From Deltaproteobacteria bacterium (GTDB lineage Bacteria; Myxococcota_A; UBA796; UBA2385): a stretch of DNA of 64,000 nucleotides. The notes under the pieces are model-generated. The model was not told the DNA's origin. It did no database searches and saw nothing but the letters and a program-made list of their open reading frames with translations. Below are positions 44,243 through 53,830 of this stretch, one piece after another (positions within the stretch are counted from its first letter, which is position 1; every line of letters begins with the position of its first letter). The stretch covers positions 78,424-142,423 of the forward strand of contig JAEUKK010000027.1 in the NCBI GenBank assembly GCA_016792625.1. The letters run 5' to 3'. The translations under genes were made by a program, and so were the position numbers.

Positions 44243-46234
44243 TCAGGGCAGCGGGATGGCGTCGCTGCAGCGCAGCTTGCCCACGGTGTTCCCGCGCAGG
44301 CAGATCACCGACTTGTTGCGGTCGGCGGAGAAGGTGCCCGTCCAGGCGCCCTCGGGGAAGACCACGCTCACCTCGCAGGTGCCGCTGGGGGCCTGCTCGG
44401 CGAGGATGCGCTCCTTCGCGGTCACCCCGCGCGAGAAGCCCTGCCCGCAGCGCAGCTCGACCGCGCGGGCCAGGGGGGCGCGCAGCTCGATGTCCACCGC
44501 CGCGCCGGGCGCCGCGGCGGGCGTGGGGGCCGGCGCGCGGCCGTGCTCACGTTGGGCGCAGCGCAGCTGGCCGGGGAGCGCGATGCGGCAGATCATGTCC
44601 ATCGACCTGTCGACCATGACCTGCGCGCGGGCGTCTTCGTCGGGCGGGAAGGTGGCCGAGACGGTGCAGCGCCCAGCGGGGATCTGCATCATCGCCACCC
44701 GCTCCGGGCTGCGACCGGCCTGCGAGAGGCCGTTGTCGCAGGCCAGGGCCACGCTGCGGGCCAGGGCCACCTCGACGAAGAGGTCGTGCGGGCCGAGCGT
44801 GCCCTCGGGGCGCGGCCAGGGCGGTGGGCCCTCTTTGGGGGTGATCGGGGTGGGCGCGGCGGCCCCCTCGGCCCCGGGCGGCGGCGCGCCGGGCTGGATC
44901 GGGTCGTCGGTGAGGGCGAGGGCGCGATCAGGGCGAGGCGCTGCGCCATCGTCGGTGGGGGTGAGCCCCTCCTCCTCGGGGAGGACGGTGACCGGGCCGG
45001 CGGGAGGGGCCTCGGCCACGCCGTCCCCCGGCACATCTCCACCCCCGCGCACGGTCACCGGGCCGGCGTTGGCGGCTTGGTTGGGGCCCGCTTGGTCGGT
45101 GGCCACGTCGGGGCCGTCCATCGGACCGAAGTAGGGCAGCCAGAACCGGCGGAGCACAAAACCGCCCGAGAGGGTGAGGAGGACCGCCCCCGCGATCACC
45201 CCCGCCGCGATCTTCGCCCGGCGCTGGGCCCGGGCGTCGGCCTCGATCTCGGCCTTGGCCTTTTTGAGAGGGCGCAGCAGGCCGTCGTTGTCGAACTTGG
45301 CCTCGCCGTGGTCAGCCTCGCCGCTGGCGCTCGGGCCGCGCGGATCTTTGGCCACCGCGGTGGTCGCCGCGCCGACCGGGGCCGGCCGCTCGCGGGGCGC
45401 GCCCCCGACCCGCTCGTCGGCCCAGGTCGACAGCCAGGCGCCAGGAAGGTTGGGGATGATCATGCGCAGCTGGCGGGCCACGTCGCGGGCCGGCGGGCGC
45501 ATGTCGGGGTTGGCGGCGAAGCAGCCGCGCAGCAGGTCGCCGAGCTCGGCGGGCAGGGCTGGGTCGAGCTGGCCCACCGCCGCGTGAATGGCGGCGTCGA
45601 CGTCGTCGGGCCCGCTGGCGGCCAGCTGCGGGTTGGACCCGAGCAGACAGGCGTAGAGCAGGCAGCCGAGGTTCAGCACGTCGTTGGCCGGCGTCTCGGT
45701 CGGGTGCAGGGCGCGGTGCAGGCCATAGTCGGTCAGCACCACCTCGCCCGCGCCGGTCACTAGCACGTGGTCGGGCACCACCGCGCCGTGGGCCAGCTCG
45801 AGCGGCCGGATGCTGTCGGGGCTCAGCGCCCCGTGCGCGGCGTGCAGGGCCCAGGCCAGCTCGAGCGCGAGCTCGGCGGCGGCCCGCGGCGGCATCGGGC
45901 CGGTCTGCAGCAGGTCGCGCAGGCTTCGCCCGCTCACCTCGGGGCTGACCGCGGCGGGCACACCCCCGACCGGGATCATCGCTTCGATGTGGCCGATGTT
46001 CGGGTTCTTGAGGCCCTCGAGGATGGCCATGTCTTTGCGCACGCGCTCGAGGAAGGGCGCCTCGCGCGCGGCCCGTGTGTCGAGCACGGTGACCACGACA
46101 GCCCGCTGGACCCCCTCGGGGTCGGTCGCCGTGCCTCGCCACTGGGTGCCAAAGGCGCTGGCGCCGAGCTTCTCGTGCAGCTCGTAGCTGGAGCTCGGCG
46201 CGTCTGTCGGGCCGCTCATGCGGTCTGCCCCCAC
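44243..46234 (-). CDS. Membrane-anchored protein-kinase-like protein (probable pseudokinase) with an extracytoplasmic Cys-rich domain
   Basis: Kinase-like N-domain: Gly-loop-like LGASAFGTQW. The beta3 Lys is replaced (VVVTVLD). The HRD motif is degenerate (LAHGAVVPDHVLV). DYG stands in place of DFG. Single TM helix IAAGVIAGAVLLTLSGGFVL. C-terminal region of about 270 aa with at least 8 Cys. Confidence 0.6.
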   Translation of the reverse strand: MGADRMSGPTDAPSSSYELHEKLGASAFGTQWRGTATDPEGVQRAVVVTVLDTRAAREAPFLERVRKDMAILEGLKNPNIGHIEAMIPVGGVPAAVSPEVSGRSLRDLLQTGPMPPRAAAELALELAWALHAAHGALSPDSIRPLELAHGAVVPDHVLVTGAGEVVLTDYGLHRALHPTETPANDVLNLGCLLYACLLGSNPQLAASGPDDVDAAIHAAVGQLDPALPAELGDLLRGCFAANPDMRPPARDVARQLRMIIPNLPGAWLSTWADERVGGAPRERPAPVGAATTAVAKDPRGPSASGEADHGEAKFDNDGLLRPLKKAKAEIEADARAQRRAKIAAGVIAGAVLLTLSGGFVLRRFWLPYFGPMDGPDVATDQAGPNQAANAGPVTVRGGGDVPGDGVAEAPPAGPVTVLPEEEGLTPTDDGAAPRPDRALALTDDPIQPGAPPPGAEGAAAPTPITPKEGPPPWPRPEGTLGPHDLFVEVALARSVALACDNGLSQAGRSPERVAMMQIPAGRCTVSATFPPDEDARAQVMVDRSMDMICRIALPGQLRCAQREHGRAPAPTPAAAPGAAVDIELRAPLARAVELRCGQGFSRGVTAKERILAEQAPSGTCEVSVVFPEGAWTGTFSADRNKSVICLRGNTVGKLRCSDAIPLP

Positions 46235-46347
46235 CTGCGGCCCGCCCGAGGGGGGATTGACGCAGCCGAGGCCAATCCGCCGCCCGTGTCTGGCCGCCGC
46301 AGCACCATCCCACCTGCGGAGGCCCGCGGGCAGGGGTTACCGGAAAA

Positions 46348-47325
46348 TTACGTAGCCGTCGTGATCTTCGGCGCAGTTTGGGTGGAGGAGGCCGGGCCCG
46401 GGTGGAGCGCGGTCATGCCCAGCCAGACCACCGAGAGCCAGACCGCGTCGGCGAGGAGCAGGTGGACCAGCTGCGCCCAGACCGGGGCCAGCAGCGCGAG
46501 GTTGATGACACCCACAGTGATCTGGGTGAGGAAGAGGCCAAGCACCACCAGCGCCGACCGCCGCGCCGCGGCCCCGCGGCCAAAACCCACCGCCACCGCG
46601 ACCACCGCGGTGAAGCCGCCGACCAGCACCGCGCCGAGCGGATGGAAGACCCGCAGGCGGATGAGCAGGTGGGCGGTGGGGGAGAGGTCCTGCGCGATCC
46701 CCTCGGCGAGGCTGCCCGCGGGGAAGAGCGTGTCGCCGAGCGCGGTCACCGCCCCGCTGGCCCCGAGCACCAGCAAGAGGCCGAGGTTGACGGCCAGCAG
46801 CACCAAGGGAGCGCCTTGGCCCCGCAGCTGCACCGCCGGCGCGCCCGTGGCCCAGCGGGCGGCGATGAGGTTGCTGGCCAGCAGCAAGAAGGTGTTGCCC
46901 AGGTGCACGGCCATGATGACCGCCCGGCCGATGCTGTCGTCTTGGCCGACCTTCTTGAGCAGCACGATCGCCGCGCCCACCCCCGCCTCGGCCAGCATGA
47001 AGCCCATGGTCACCAGGGCTGCCCGCCGCACCCGGTGCCCGGCCGGCCAGGCGCGCCAGCCCAAGATCAGCGTGGCGAGGGTCATCAAGAGCACCACCCC
47101 GCTGGTGAGCCGGTGGGTGAGCTCGATGAGGGTCTCGACCGCCGGCGCGCGCGGCACCAGCTCGCCGTTGCACATCGGCCAGTGATCACCGCAGCCGGCG
47201 CCCGAGCCCGAGGCCCGCACAAAGGCCCCCCAGGCGATCACGAAGAAGTTGACCAGCAGGGTGGCCCAGGCGAGGCGGGCGGCGCGCTGCTGCGCAGGCG
47301 AAGCGGCGGGGTCGGCGAAGAGCAT
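46348..47325 (-). CDS. ctaA: Heme A synthase (CtaA/COX15 family)
   Basis: GAFVRASGSGAGCGDHWPMCNG plus multiple TM helices and conserved His residues. The ORF 46348..48156 is trimmed to the ATG at 47325. Confidence 0.8.
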   Translation of the reverse strand: MLFADPAASPAQQRAARLAWATLLVNFFVIAWGAFVRASGSGAGCGDHWPMCNGELVPRAPAVETLIELTHRLTSGVVLLMTLATLILGWRAWPAGHRVRRAALVTMGFMLAEAGVGAAIVLLKKVGQDDSIGRAVIMAVHLGNTFLLLASNLIAARWATGAPAVQLRGQGAPLVLLAVNLGLLLVLGASGAVTALGDTLFPAGSLAEGIAQDLSPTAHLLIRLRVFHPLGAVLVGGFTAVVAVAVGFGRGAAARRSALVVLGLFLTQITVGVINLALLAPVWAQLVHLLLADAVWLSVVWLGMTALHPGPASSTQTAPKITTAT

Positions 47326-47584
47326 CGGGCGCCTCGACAGGGCGAGGCCCGGGCAGCGGAGGGCGCCGCGGCGCGGGCAAGGTGCCGCTCTAATCGGGGC
47401 GGAGGGGCGCGCCCCGGGCGGTGGTGGGCGGCGCGCCCAGATCAGCGCGCGGCAGGCAGGACACCGCGCTGCAATCGACGCAGCTTGCGCCGGTCCGGTA
47501 CAAGAGCTGCGGGAGGGCCTGCGTGGGCCGTACCGGGGCCGCCGTCGCCCCTGCACCCGCGCCCCCTTCCTCCTGGAGGAGCCT

Positions 47585-50119
47585 GTGTCCGAGAAGCGCA
47601 ACGCCGCCCCGTCTCCCTCCCTCGCCCCGGCCCGTGGGGGCGCGCCCGCCCGCGGCGGCGCGGGCTCCGCAGGCCCGACCGCTGCGCCGGTGATCGGCGC
47701 CGCGATGAACCAAGAGGTGGTCGAGGCCATCGGTTTTGCGCAGTCCGGCGACACCGTCGTGCTCCAAGAGATGATGGCGCGCGGCGTCGATGTCACCGCG
47801 GTGATGGGCGATATGTGGGCCCGCAGCAGCAGCCGCGAGAGCGAGAGCACCGTCGCCCAGGCCCACGCCGAGCCGACCGGCGCGATGTGGGCCGACGTCA
47901 CCCACCGCACCGAAGAGGCCGAAGAGCTGCGCGCAGGTATGGGCCGGCCCCCCGAGGTCGCCCCGGTGGCCGAGGTCGCGGTGCCCGAGGCCAAGCTGCC
48001 GCCGGCGGTCGAGATCCACGACATGGGCCCCGCCCAGCGCTGGGACAGCGTGGGCTCCGACATGGCCACCAGCGAAGAGGCGGGCGACTCCGACCGCATC
48101 GCCGAGATTCTGGTGACCGACTTGGGCACCGACCTCTCGGGCATGCCCATCCACATGGATCGGCCGGCTTGGCGGGTGGCCTCGACCTACAACGCCGAGG
48201 CGGTGATCGTCGACGAAGAGGTCTACCTCCACCGCAACGTCGAGGAGCGCATCTCTGGCGAGCTGGCTGGGCCCGAGCTGGGCGCCTCGCTCGACACCGA
48301 CGGCAGCCGCCTGGGCGGCCTCGTCTCCCCCTCCTGGCGCCCGCCCTTCCTGCGCCACTCGGGCTCGGCCGTGGTCATCACCGATGGCGGCTACACCATC
48401 GAGATGAAGAACGAAGAGGTCATCGTCTTTGACGAGACCGGCGAGCAGATCACCCACATCTGGGGCGACCCGCACGTCAACGAGGGCAAGGGCGGCGACG
48501 ACTGGCACTTCGGCGAAGACAGCACCTTCATCCTCCCCGATGGCACCAAGATCTGCCTCGACACCGAGCCCAACTCGGCCGGTGAGTGGTACGTCGTCGG
48601 CGTCGATGTTTTGGGCGGCAGCCAGCGCTACCACTACGGCGTGGGCGGCAAGCAGGGCATGACCCAAGACGCCGAAGAGTTCGACCTCGCCCACGAAGAC
48701 GCGAGCAAAGACAAGTCGGCCGGCGTCTTCGCCCTGGCCGCGGGCAACCAGTGGGCCAAGATGGGCGCCGACGGCGAGTTCTACGACGTCAATGATGAGA
48801 GCTGGGGCGGCTACCTGGCCACCCGCGACGTCACCGGCGGCGCCAAGGCCGAGGTGAACGACCGCCAAAAGGCCGTCGCTGGCGACAAAGACCTCAAGGC
48901 CCAAGCCAAGCAGAAAAAGGGCAAGGGCGCGGCTGACGACAGCTTGATCTCGAGCCACCGCGAGAGCACCGAGACCAAGGCCTGGGTCGCGGCCCAGCAG
49001 GTCGAGGTCGACGCCCAGACCGGCAAGGTGATCGACCCGCTGCGCTACATGCCCCAGGCCGTCGAGATCGACGACCGCGGCGAGCCCAACTACATCCCGG
49101 GCATCGAGCGCGAGATGGCGGTCAGCCAGCCCCACGGCGACTCCGCGCGCGCGGGCCAGCTGCTCAAGCCGAAGCTGGGCATCGACTTCTCCCGCTACGA
49201 CGTGCACATCGACGACGAGGCGCAGAAGGTCGCCTGGGCCTACAACGCCAACGCGGTCCTCTTTGGCCAGAGCCTGTATGTGCACGCCGATCTGGTCAAC
49301 CAGATCGAGGTCGAGCTCGCCGCGCCGGCGGTCGAGACCCGGGGCGCGGGCGCCGAAGAGACCACCCGCGACGGCTTCCTCATCGCGCCGAAGTGGCGGC
49401 CGCCCTTCGCCCGCCTCGCTGGCTCCGAGATCGTGATCACGCCCTCGGGCTACACCATCGAGATGAAGGGCGCTGACGTCATCGTCTTCGACGAGACCGG
49501 CGAGCAGATCACCCACATCTGGGGCGACCCCCACGTCAACGAGGGCAAGGGCGGCGACAACTGGCACTTCGGCCAGGACAGCACCTTCATCCTCCCCGAC
49601 GGCAGCAAGCTCTGCCTCGACACCGAGCAGAACGCGGGCGGCGAGTGGTACGTGGTCGGCGTCGACGTGCTCTGCGGCCGCGAGCGCTACCACTACGGGG
49701 TGGGCGACAAGGGCGGCATGACCGAGGACGCCCTCGACTGGGACAAGGACCACAAAGACGCCGCCGCCGACGCCTCGGCCGGTGTCTTCGCGCTCCAAGA
49801 GAACGGCCAGTGGGCCATTATGGCCAAGGACGGCAAGTTCTACGACGTGCGCGACGAGTCCTGGCAGTCCTACCTCAAGGACAAGGACGTCGACTTCGAC
49901 CCCAACAGCATGGCCAAGGGCCTGACCGAGAAGCAGATCGCGGTGGCTGACGACCGCGACCTCGCCCGCCAAGAGGCGGCCCAAGACAATGGCTGGGGTC
50001 GCTCCCGCCCGGTGACCAGCGGCGGCAAGCGCTACCACCGCTTTGAGAGCATGAAGATCGAGGCCGAGCTGATGATGCTCCTGCGCGACGACAAGATCGT
50101 CCAGCGCCGCATCGGCTGA
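47585..50119 (+). CDS. Hypothetical cytoplasmic protein built from a tandem duplication of a ~350-aa module containing GDPH motifs
   Basis: RBS ggagga upstream of the GTG at 47585. No signal peptide. Two modules share near-identical segments: GYTIEMK..VIVFDETGEQITHIWGDPHVNEGKGGD(D/N)WHFG(E/Q)DSTFILPDG.K.CLDTE ... GEWYVVGVDVL.G..RYHYGVG.K.GMT.DA. The ORF 47249..50119 is trimmed. Confidence 0.6.
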   Translation: MSEKRNAAPSPSLAPARGGAPARGGAGSAGPTAAPVIGAAMNQEVVEAIGFAQSGDTVVLQEMMARGVDVTAVMGDMWARSSSRESESTVAQAHAEPTGAMWADVTHRTEEAEELRAGMGRPPEVAPVAEVAVPEAKLPPAVEIHDMGPAQRWDSVGSDMATSEEAGDSDRIAEILVTDLGTDLSGMPIHMDRPAWRVASTYNAEAVIVDEEVYLHRNVEERISGELAGPELGASLDTDGSRLGGLVSPSWRPPFLRHSGSAVVITDGGYTIEMKNEEVIVFDETGEQITHIWGDPHVNEGKGGDDWHFGEDSTFILPDGTKICLDTEPNSAGEWYVVGVDVLGGSQRYHYGVGGKQGMTQDAEEFDLAHEDASKDKSAGVFALAAGNQWAKMGADGEFYDVNDESWGGYLATRDVTGGAKAEVNDRQKAVAGDKDLKAQAKQKKGKGAADDSLISSHRESTETKAWVAAQQVEVDAQTGKVIDPLRYMPQAVEIDDRGEPNYIPGIEREMAVSQPHGDSARAGQLLKPKLGIDFSRYDVHIDDEAQKVAWAYNANAVLFGQSLYVHADLVNQIEVELAAPAVETRGAGAEETTRDGFLIAPKWRPPFARLAGSEIVITPSGYTIEMKGADVIVFDETGEQITHIWGDPHVNEGKGGDNWHFGQDSTFILPDGSKLCLDTEQNAGGEWYVVGVDVLCGRERYHYGVGDKGGMTEDALDWDKDHKDAAADASAGVFALQENGQWAIMAKDGKFYDVRDESWQSYLKDKDVDFDPNSMAKGLTEKQIAVADDRDLARQEAAQDNGWGRSRPVTSGGKRYHRFESMKIEAELMMLLRDDKIVQRRIG
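48389..48840. repeat. Intragenic direct repeat, copy 1 (about 85-90% nt identity to copy 2)
   Basis: ggctacaccatcgagatgaag ... shared with 49448 onward. Long runs of identical nucleotides. Confidence 0.7.
49448..49900. repeat. Intragenic direct repeat, copy 2
   Basis: See copy 1. The copies lie 1059 bp apart in the same frame. Confidence 0.7.
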
Positions 50120-50259
50120 GGCTGCCCGTGGCGCGTCCTCCGCTCCGCTTGCAGCTTCTCCGACCCGCTTCTCCGACGAACCTCTCGCCGCCCTGGCCCT
50201 TGTGGCCCGGGCGGCGTAGTTGTGCGCGCCCACCCGAATCGGCGGCGGTCGACCCGCGC

Positions 50260-50787
50260 TCAGCGCACCGCGGCCCGCAGGCGCTCGGCGGCGACGAGCA
50301 GCGCGTCGATGATCTCGCGCTCGCGCACCTCGTCGAGGCGGTCGAGCAGGGTCGCCTCGAGGCGCCGGCGCCAGGGGACCTCGCCCTCCCACCAGCCGCG
50401 GCGGAGCCACAGGTCGAGCGTGACCGGGCGCGCCGCCGGGCGGATCGCACGCGCGCCTTCGGCCTGCAGCGCGTCAACCTCGGCGCCATAGAGCAGGGCG
50501 GTGTCGCGGGCGAGGCCGGCCACGCACAGGTCGAGCCGGCGCCGGGCGTGCTGGTAAAACATGGCGTGCACGGGCACCCGCAGGCCGTTCCAGACGAGGC
50601 GCCACCAGCCGATCCGCGGGGCGCTCTCGACCGCGTCTTGGCGCAGGCCCTCGGCCCAGGTGCGGGTCTCGGCGCGCAGGCGCACAGCCGCCGCCTCGAC
50701 GAGGGCGGTAAACGCTTGCTCACGCGCGGCCTCGCCAAGGACGGGCGGGGCGAAGAGCGCGGGCGTGGGGTGCAGCGCGATGGTCAT
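50260..50787 (-). CDS. Hypothetical protein (175 aa)
   Basis: ORF 50260..51213 trimmed to MTIALHPTPALF at 50787. The upstream part of the ORF is compositional junk and overlaps the 3' end of the rumA-like gene. No recognisable domain. Confidence 0.4.
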   Translation of the reverse strand: MTIALHPTPALFAPPVLGEAAREQAFTALVEAAAVRLRAETRTWAEGLRQDAVESAPRIGWWRLVWNGLRVPVHAMFYQHARRRLDLCVAGLARDTALLYGAEVDALQAEGARAIRPAARPVTLDLWLRRGWWEGEVPWRRRLEATLLDRLDEVREREIIDALLVAAERLRAAVR

Positions 50788-50881
50788 GGGGGGCTCCGGG
50801 CGGCCAGCGCCGCTCTGTCGCTCTATGCCCCGCTGGACCGGGCCCGTCGCGCCAAAGGGCCTTGCAGCGGCTTTCCGCGGC

Positions 50882-52045
50882 TTAGGCCCGCGGCCGCAAG
50901 GTGCAGAGCAGCTCGAGGTGCGGCGTGCCCGGGAACATGTCGAAGGCCACCAGCTCGGTCGGCGCGTAGCCAGCGGCCGCGGCCAGGGCGAGGTCGCGGG
51001 CCAGCGCGTGCGGGTTGCACGAGACGTAGAGCATGGCGCTCGGCCGGGTGAGGGCCAGCTCGGACAGCACCGCGCCCGCGCCGATGCGCGGCGGGTCGAG
51101 CAGCACCAGATCGAAGAAGGCGTCGCCGCAGCGGTAGCGGTGGGCATCGCCCCGGCGCAGGTCGACCTGGCTTGTGGGCAGCCCCCACTCCTCAGCCACC
51201 TTCTGCGCGTCATTGACCGCGCCCGGGGCGCTCTCGATGAGCGTGAGGCCCATGCCCTCTTTGGCCAGCCCGAGGCTCAGGTTGCCCACCCCGCCGTAGA
51301 GGTCGAGCAGGCGGCTCGGCTGCAGGGCCCGCACCCGCGCCTGCACAGCGTCGACCAGCAGGGCGTTGAGCTCGAGGTTGACCTGAAAGAAGCTGTTGGG
51401 CCCGAGGCGCAGGCGTTGGCCGGCGACCAGGGGGCGCAGCACCGGGTCGCCCCGCACCGCCCGGCCGTCGATGGCCGCGCCGACCGCCGCGCCGGCCTCG
51501 CCCATGGCGTCGAGAGCGGCGCCGAGGCGGCGGGCGAGGGTGCTGCGGTCCTCGGGGCCGCGGCGGCCGCGCTGGTTGCCCGCCCGGGCGGTCGAGCTGG
51601 CGCAGACCACGAGGCGCTCGCCGTCGGTGCGCAGCTCGATTGAGGCGAAGCCGGGCAGGGGGCCCAGCGCCGCGGCGAGGGCGTGCAGCTCGGGGCGGGC
51701 GAGCGGGTTGCTCGACAGGGGGGCTGGGCGGTGGCTGCCTGGCTGGGTGTAGCCGAGGCGGCCATCGGGCCCTGGGCGGAGCAAGATCCGCGCGCGGTAG
51801 CCGGTCTGCTTGGGTGAGGGCACGACGCCGTCGACACCGCGGCCGAGCAGGGCCTCGACCGCCGCCACCTTGGCCTCGAGGCCCGGCGCGTCGGGAGCAG
51901 CGTGCCCGTCAGGCTCTTCGTCGTCGACCTCGACCGATTTGGCCGGCGCGCTGGGCGGGCGCAGGGCGGCGGGCGGCTGGTGGGCGAGGTCACGGTGCAC
52001 GCCGGGGCGGGCAGCGGGCTGGGAGGCGAGCAGGCGGCGGGACAT
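50882..52045 (-). CDS. 23S rRNA (uracil-C5)-methyltransferase, RumA/RlmD (TrmA) family
   Basis: SAM-binding motif LLDLYGGVGNLSL, LLDPPRIGAG, and the catalytic Cys region MLYVSCNPHALARDL. N-terminal TRAM-like region. Confidence 0.75.
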   Translation of the reverse strand: MSRRLLASQPAARPGVHRDLAHQPPAALRPPSAPAKSVEVDDEEPDGHAAPDAPGLEAKVAAVEALLGRGVDGVVPSPKQTGYRARILLRPGPDGRLGYTQPGSHRPAPLSSNPLARPELHALAAALGPLPGFASIELRTDGERLVVCASSTARAGNQRGRRGPEDRSTLARRLGAALDAMGEAGAAVGAAIDGRAVRGDPVLRPLVAGQRLRLGPNSFFQVNLELNALLVDAVQARVRALQPSRLLDLYGGVGNLSLGLAKEGMGLTLIESAPGAVNDAQKVAEEWGLPTSQVDLRRGDAHRYRCGDAFFDLVLLDPPRIGAGAVLSELALTRPSAMLYVSCNPHALARDLALAAAAGYAPTELVAFDMFPGTPHLELLCTLRPRA

Positions 52046-52147
52046 GGGGGGGACTATCCAGGCTGCGCCTCGGTCGACCGCGGCGGCGCGGCGGGGTGCC
52101 GGGATATGCGCGAGGGCCCGCCTCCACCGCCCGCCCCGGGGTCTTGA

Positions 52148-52822
52148 ATGCGCCGCTCAGGCTTCCACCCCACCGCTGCGCTCAGCGCCCTGCTCTTCGT
52201 GGCCTGCGAGCCGATGCCGCCCTCGGGCGCGCCCTTCGCTCCGGTCGCTGACCGCGCGGCCAGCGCCGCCGGCGGCGCCGAAGACCCGCGCTTCGACCGG
52301 CCCGAGCCCAAGGTCTGGACGAGCGAAGAGCTGCACGCCGCCGCCAAAGTTGAGGCCCCCGCGGCCGGCGGCCCGGTGGTGGTCAGCAGCGGCGCGCCGC
52401 TGGGCGGGCCCGCCACCCCCGCCGCTGCGGCGGCCAGCGGCGCCGCCCCGACCCCGGGCCCTGGTGGCGCGGCCAGCCCCCCTGCGCCGAGCCCTGCGCC
52501 CGCGCCGGCCAGCGTGGCGACCGCGACCCCGAGCGCCGCCTCGGCCGCCTCGCCCGCTCCGTCGGCGCCCGGGTCCTCCACGCCCGCGGTCAGCGGCGCC
52601 TGGCCGCTGCGCTTGGTGCGCGCGCTGCCCGACACCATCCCGCCGCGGGCGATCCTCGGCCTGCCCGATGGGCGTGAGGTCGTGGTCAGCCCGGGCACCA
52701 TGCTCCCCGAGGTCGGGGTGGTCGTGATGGCGGTCGGCCGCGAGCGCCTGCAGGTCGCCAAGATCGCCGCGGTCGGCGATCACGCCGCGGTGCAAGAGAT
52801 CACGCTGAGCAGCCAGTACTGA
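52148..52822 (+). CDS. Hypothetical lipoprotein with a Pro/Ala/Ser-rich linker
   Basis: Lipobox ALLFVACEP. Low-complexity PAPSPAPAPAS linker. Small C-terminal beta domain of about 70 aa. Confidence 0.5.
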   Translation: MRRSGFHPTAALSALLFVACEPMPPSGAPFAPVADRAASAAGGAEDPRFDRPEPKVWTSEELHAAAKVEAPAAGGPVVVSSGAPLGGPATPAAAAASGAAPTPGPGGAASPPAPSPAPAPASVATATPSAASAASPAPSAPGSSTPAVSGAWPLRLVRALPDTIPPRAILGLPDGREVVVSPGTMLPEVGVVVMAVGRERLQVAKIAAVGDHAAVQEITLSSQY

Positions 52823-52931
52823 GCGGCGGCGCTCCGTCTTTGCCTGCGGCGCTCCGTCTTTGCCTGCGGCGCTCCGCATTGACCGGCGGCCCGCGGAATG
52901 AGGCGCGGCGCGACCCTCCGCTCTCTCCGGC

Positions 52932-53813
52932 TCAGCTGGGCTCCGCTCCCTCGGGGCCCTCTTCATCGTCCCACCCGTCGTTCTCCCCCTCGGCCTCGAA
53001 GCCGGGCACGGGGTAGCCGAGGGCGGCGGCGGTCTGGGCCGCTTCGGCCGCCCCGGGCAGATCGATGGGTCCGCCCTCTCCGTTGCGCCGCATGCGGGCG
53101 AGGTTCTGCGCGGCCAGCCCGCTGCCTGCCGCGGCGGCCACGGCGTAGCGGGCCCGGGCCTCGGCGAGGTCGACCGGGCGCCCCTCGCCGATCGCCGCGA
53201 AGACCCCGAGGTTGTACAGCGCGCGGGGGTGGCCCAGGGCGGCGGCTTTGGCGCACCAAGCGGTCGACTGGTCGGTGGGCGCGCCGCTGCTGCGCAAGAG
53301 CACGTGCACCTCGAACATGCCCTCTGGTGCGCCACTTTCGGCCGAGACCATCGCCAGCCGCAGCGCGAGCGCGGGGTCCGCTTCGACGCCGAGCCGGCGG
53401 GTGCAGAGGAAGGACGCGAAGAGGCTCGCCCGCGGCTCACCTGCCGCCACCGCCGGCTGCAGCGCCGCCCAGGCCGCGGGGCCCGCCTCGGGCCAGCCGC
53501 GCAGGGCCAGCCGGGCCAGGGCCTCGGGCGCGCCGGGGTCACCGGCTGCCTGGGCGCGGGTGTAGCAGTCCAGCGCCGCCTCGGGCTGATAGCCGAGCAC
53601 GTCGATGCCCTCGGCCCAGCAGTCGCCGAGCTCCCGCCAGGCCTCGGTGGCCCCGGCGGCGGCCGCGGCGGCGTAGAGGCCGGGCAGGCGCTCGGCCTCT
53701 TCGACCGACAGCAGGCCGATCATCGCCTCGGCGCGCAGCAGGGCGTCGCGCAGGGCGCGGGCCTGCTCGAGCGGGCTGCGCGGATCATCCTCCAGCTCGG
53801 TGGGCTCGGTCAT
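52932..53813 (-). CDS. Sel1-like (TPR-like) repeat protein
   Basis: Repeats of A..W..KAAA.G...A.YNLG..Y..G type (WCAKAAALGHPRALYNLGVFAAIGEG ...). Trimmed to the ATG at 53813. Confidence 0.6.
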   Translation of the reverse strand: MTEPTELEDDPRSPLEQARALRDALLRAEAMIGLLSVEEAERLPGLYAAAAAAGATEAWRELGDCWAEGIDVLGYQPEAALDCYTRAQAAGDPGAPEALARLALRGWPEAGPAAWAALQPAVAAGEPRASLFASFLCTRRLGVEADPALALRLAMVSAESGAPEGMFEVHVLLRSSGAPTDQSTAWCAKAAALGHPRALYNLGVFAAIGEGRPVDLAEARARYAVAAAAGSGLAAQNLARMRRNGEGGPIDLPGAAEAAQTAAALGYPVPGFEAEGENDGWDDEEGPEGAEPS

Positions 53814-53830
53814 CACAACCTCCGCGGGGC

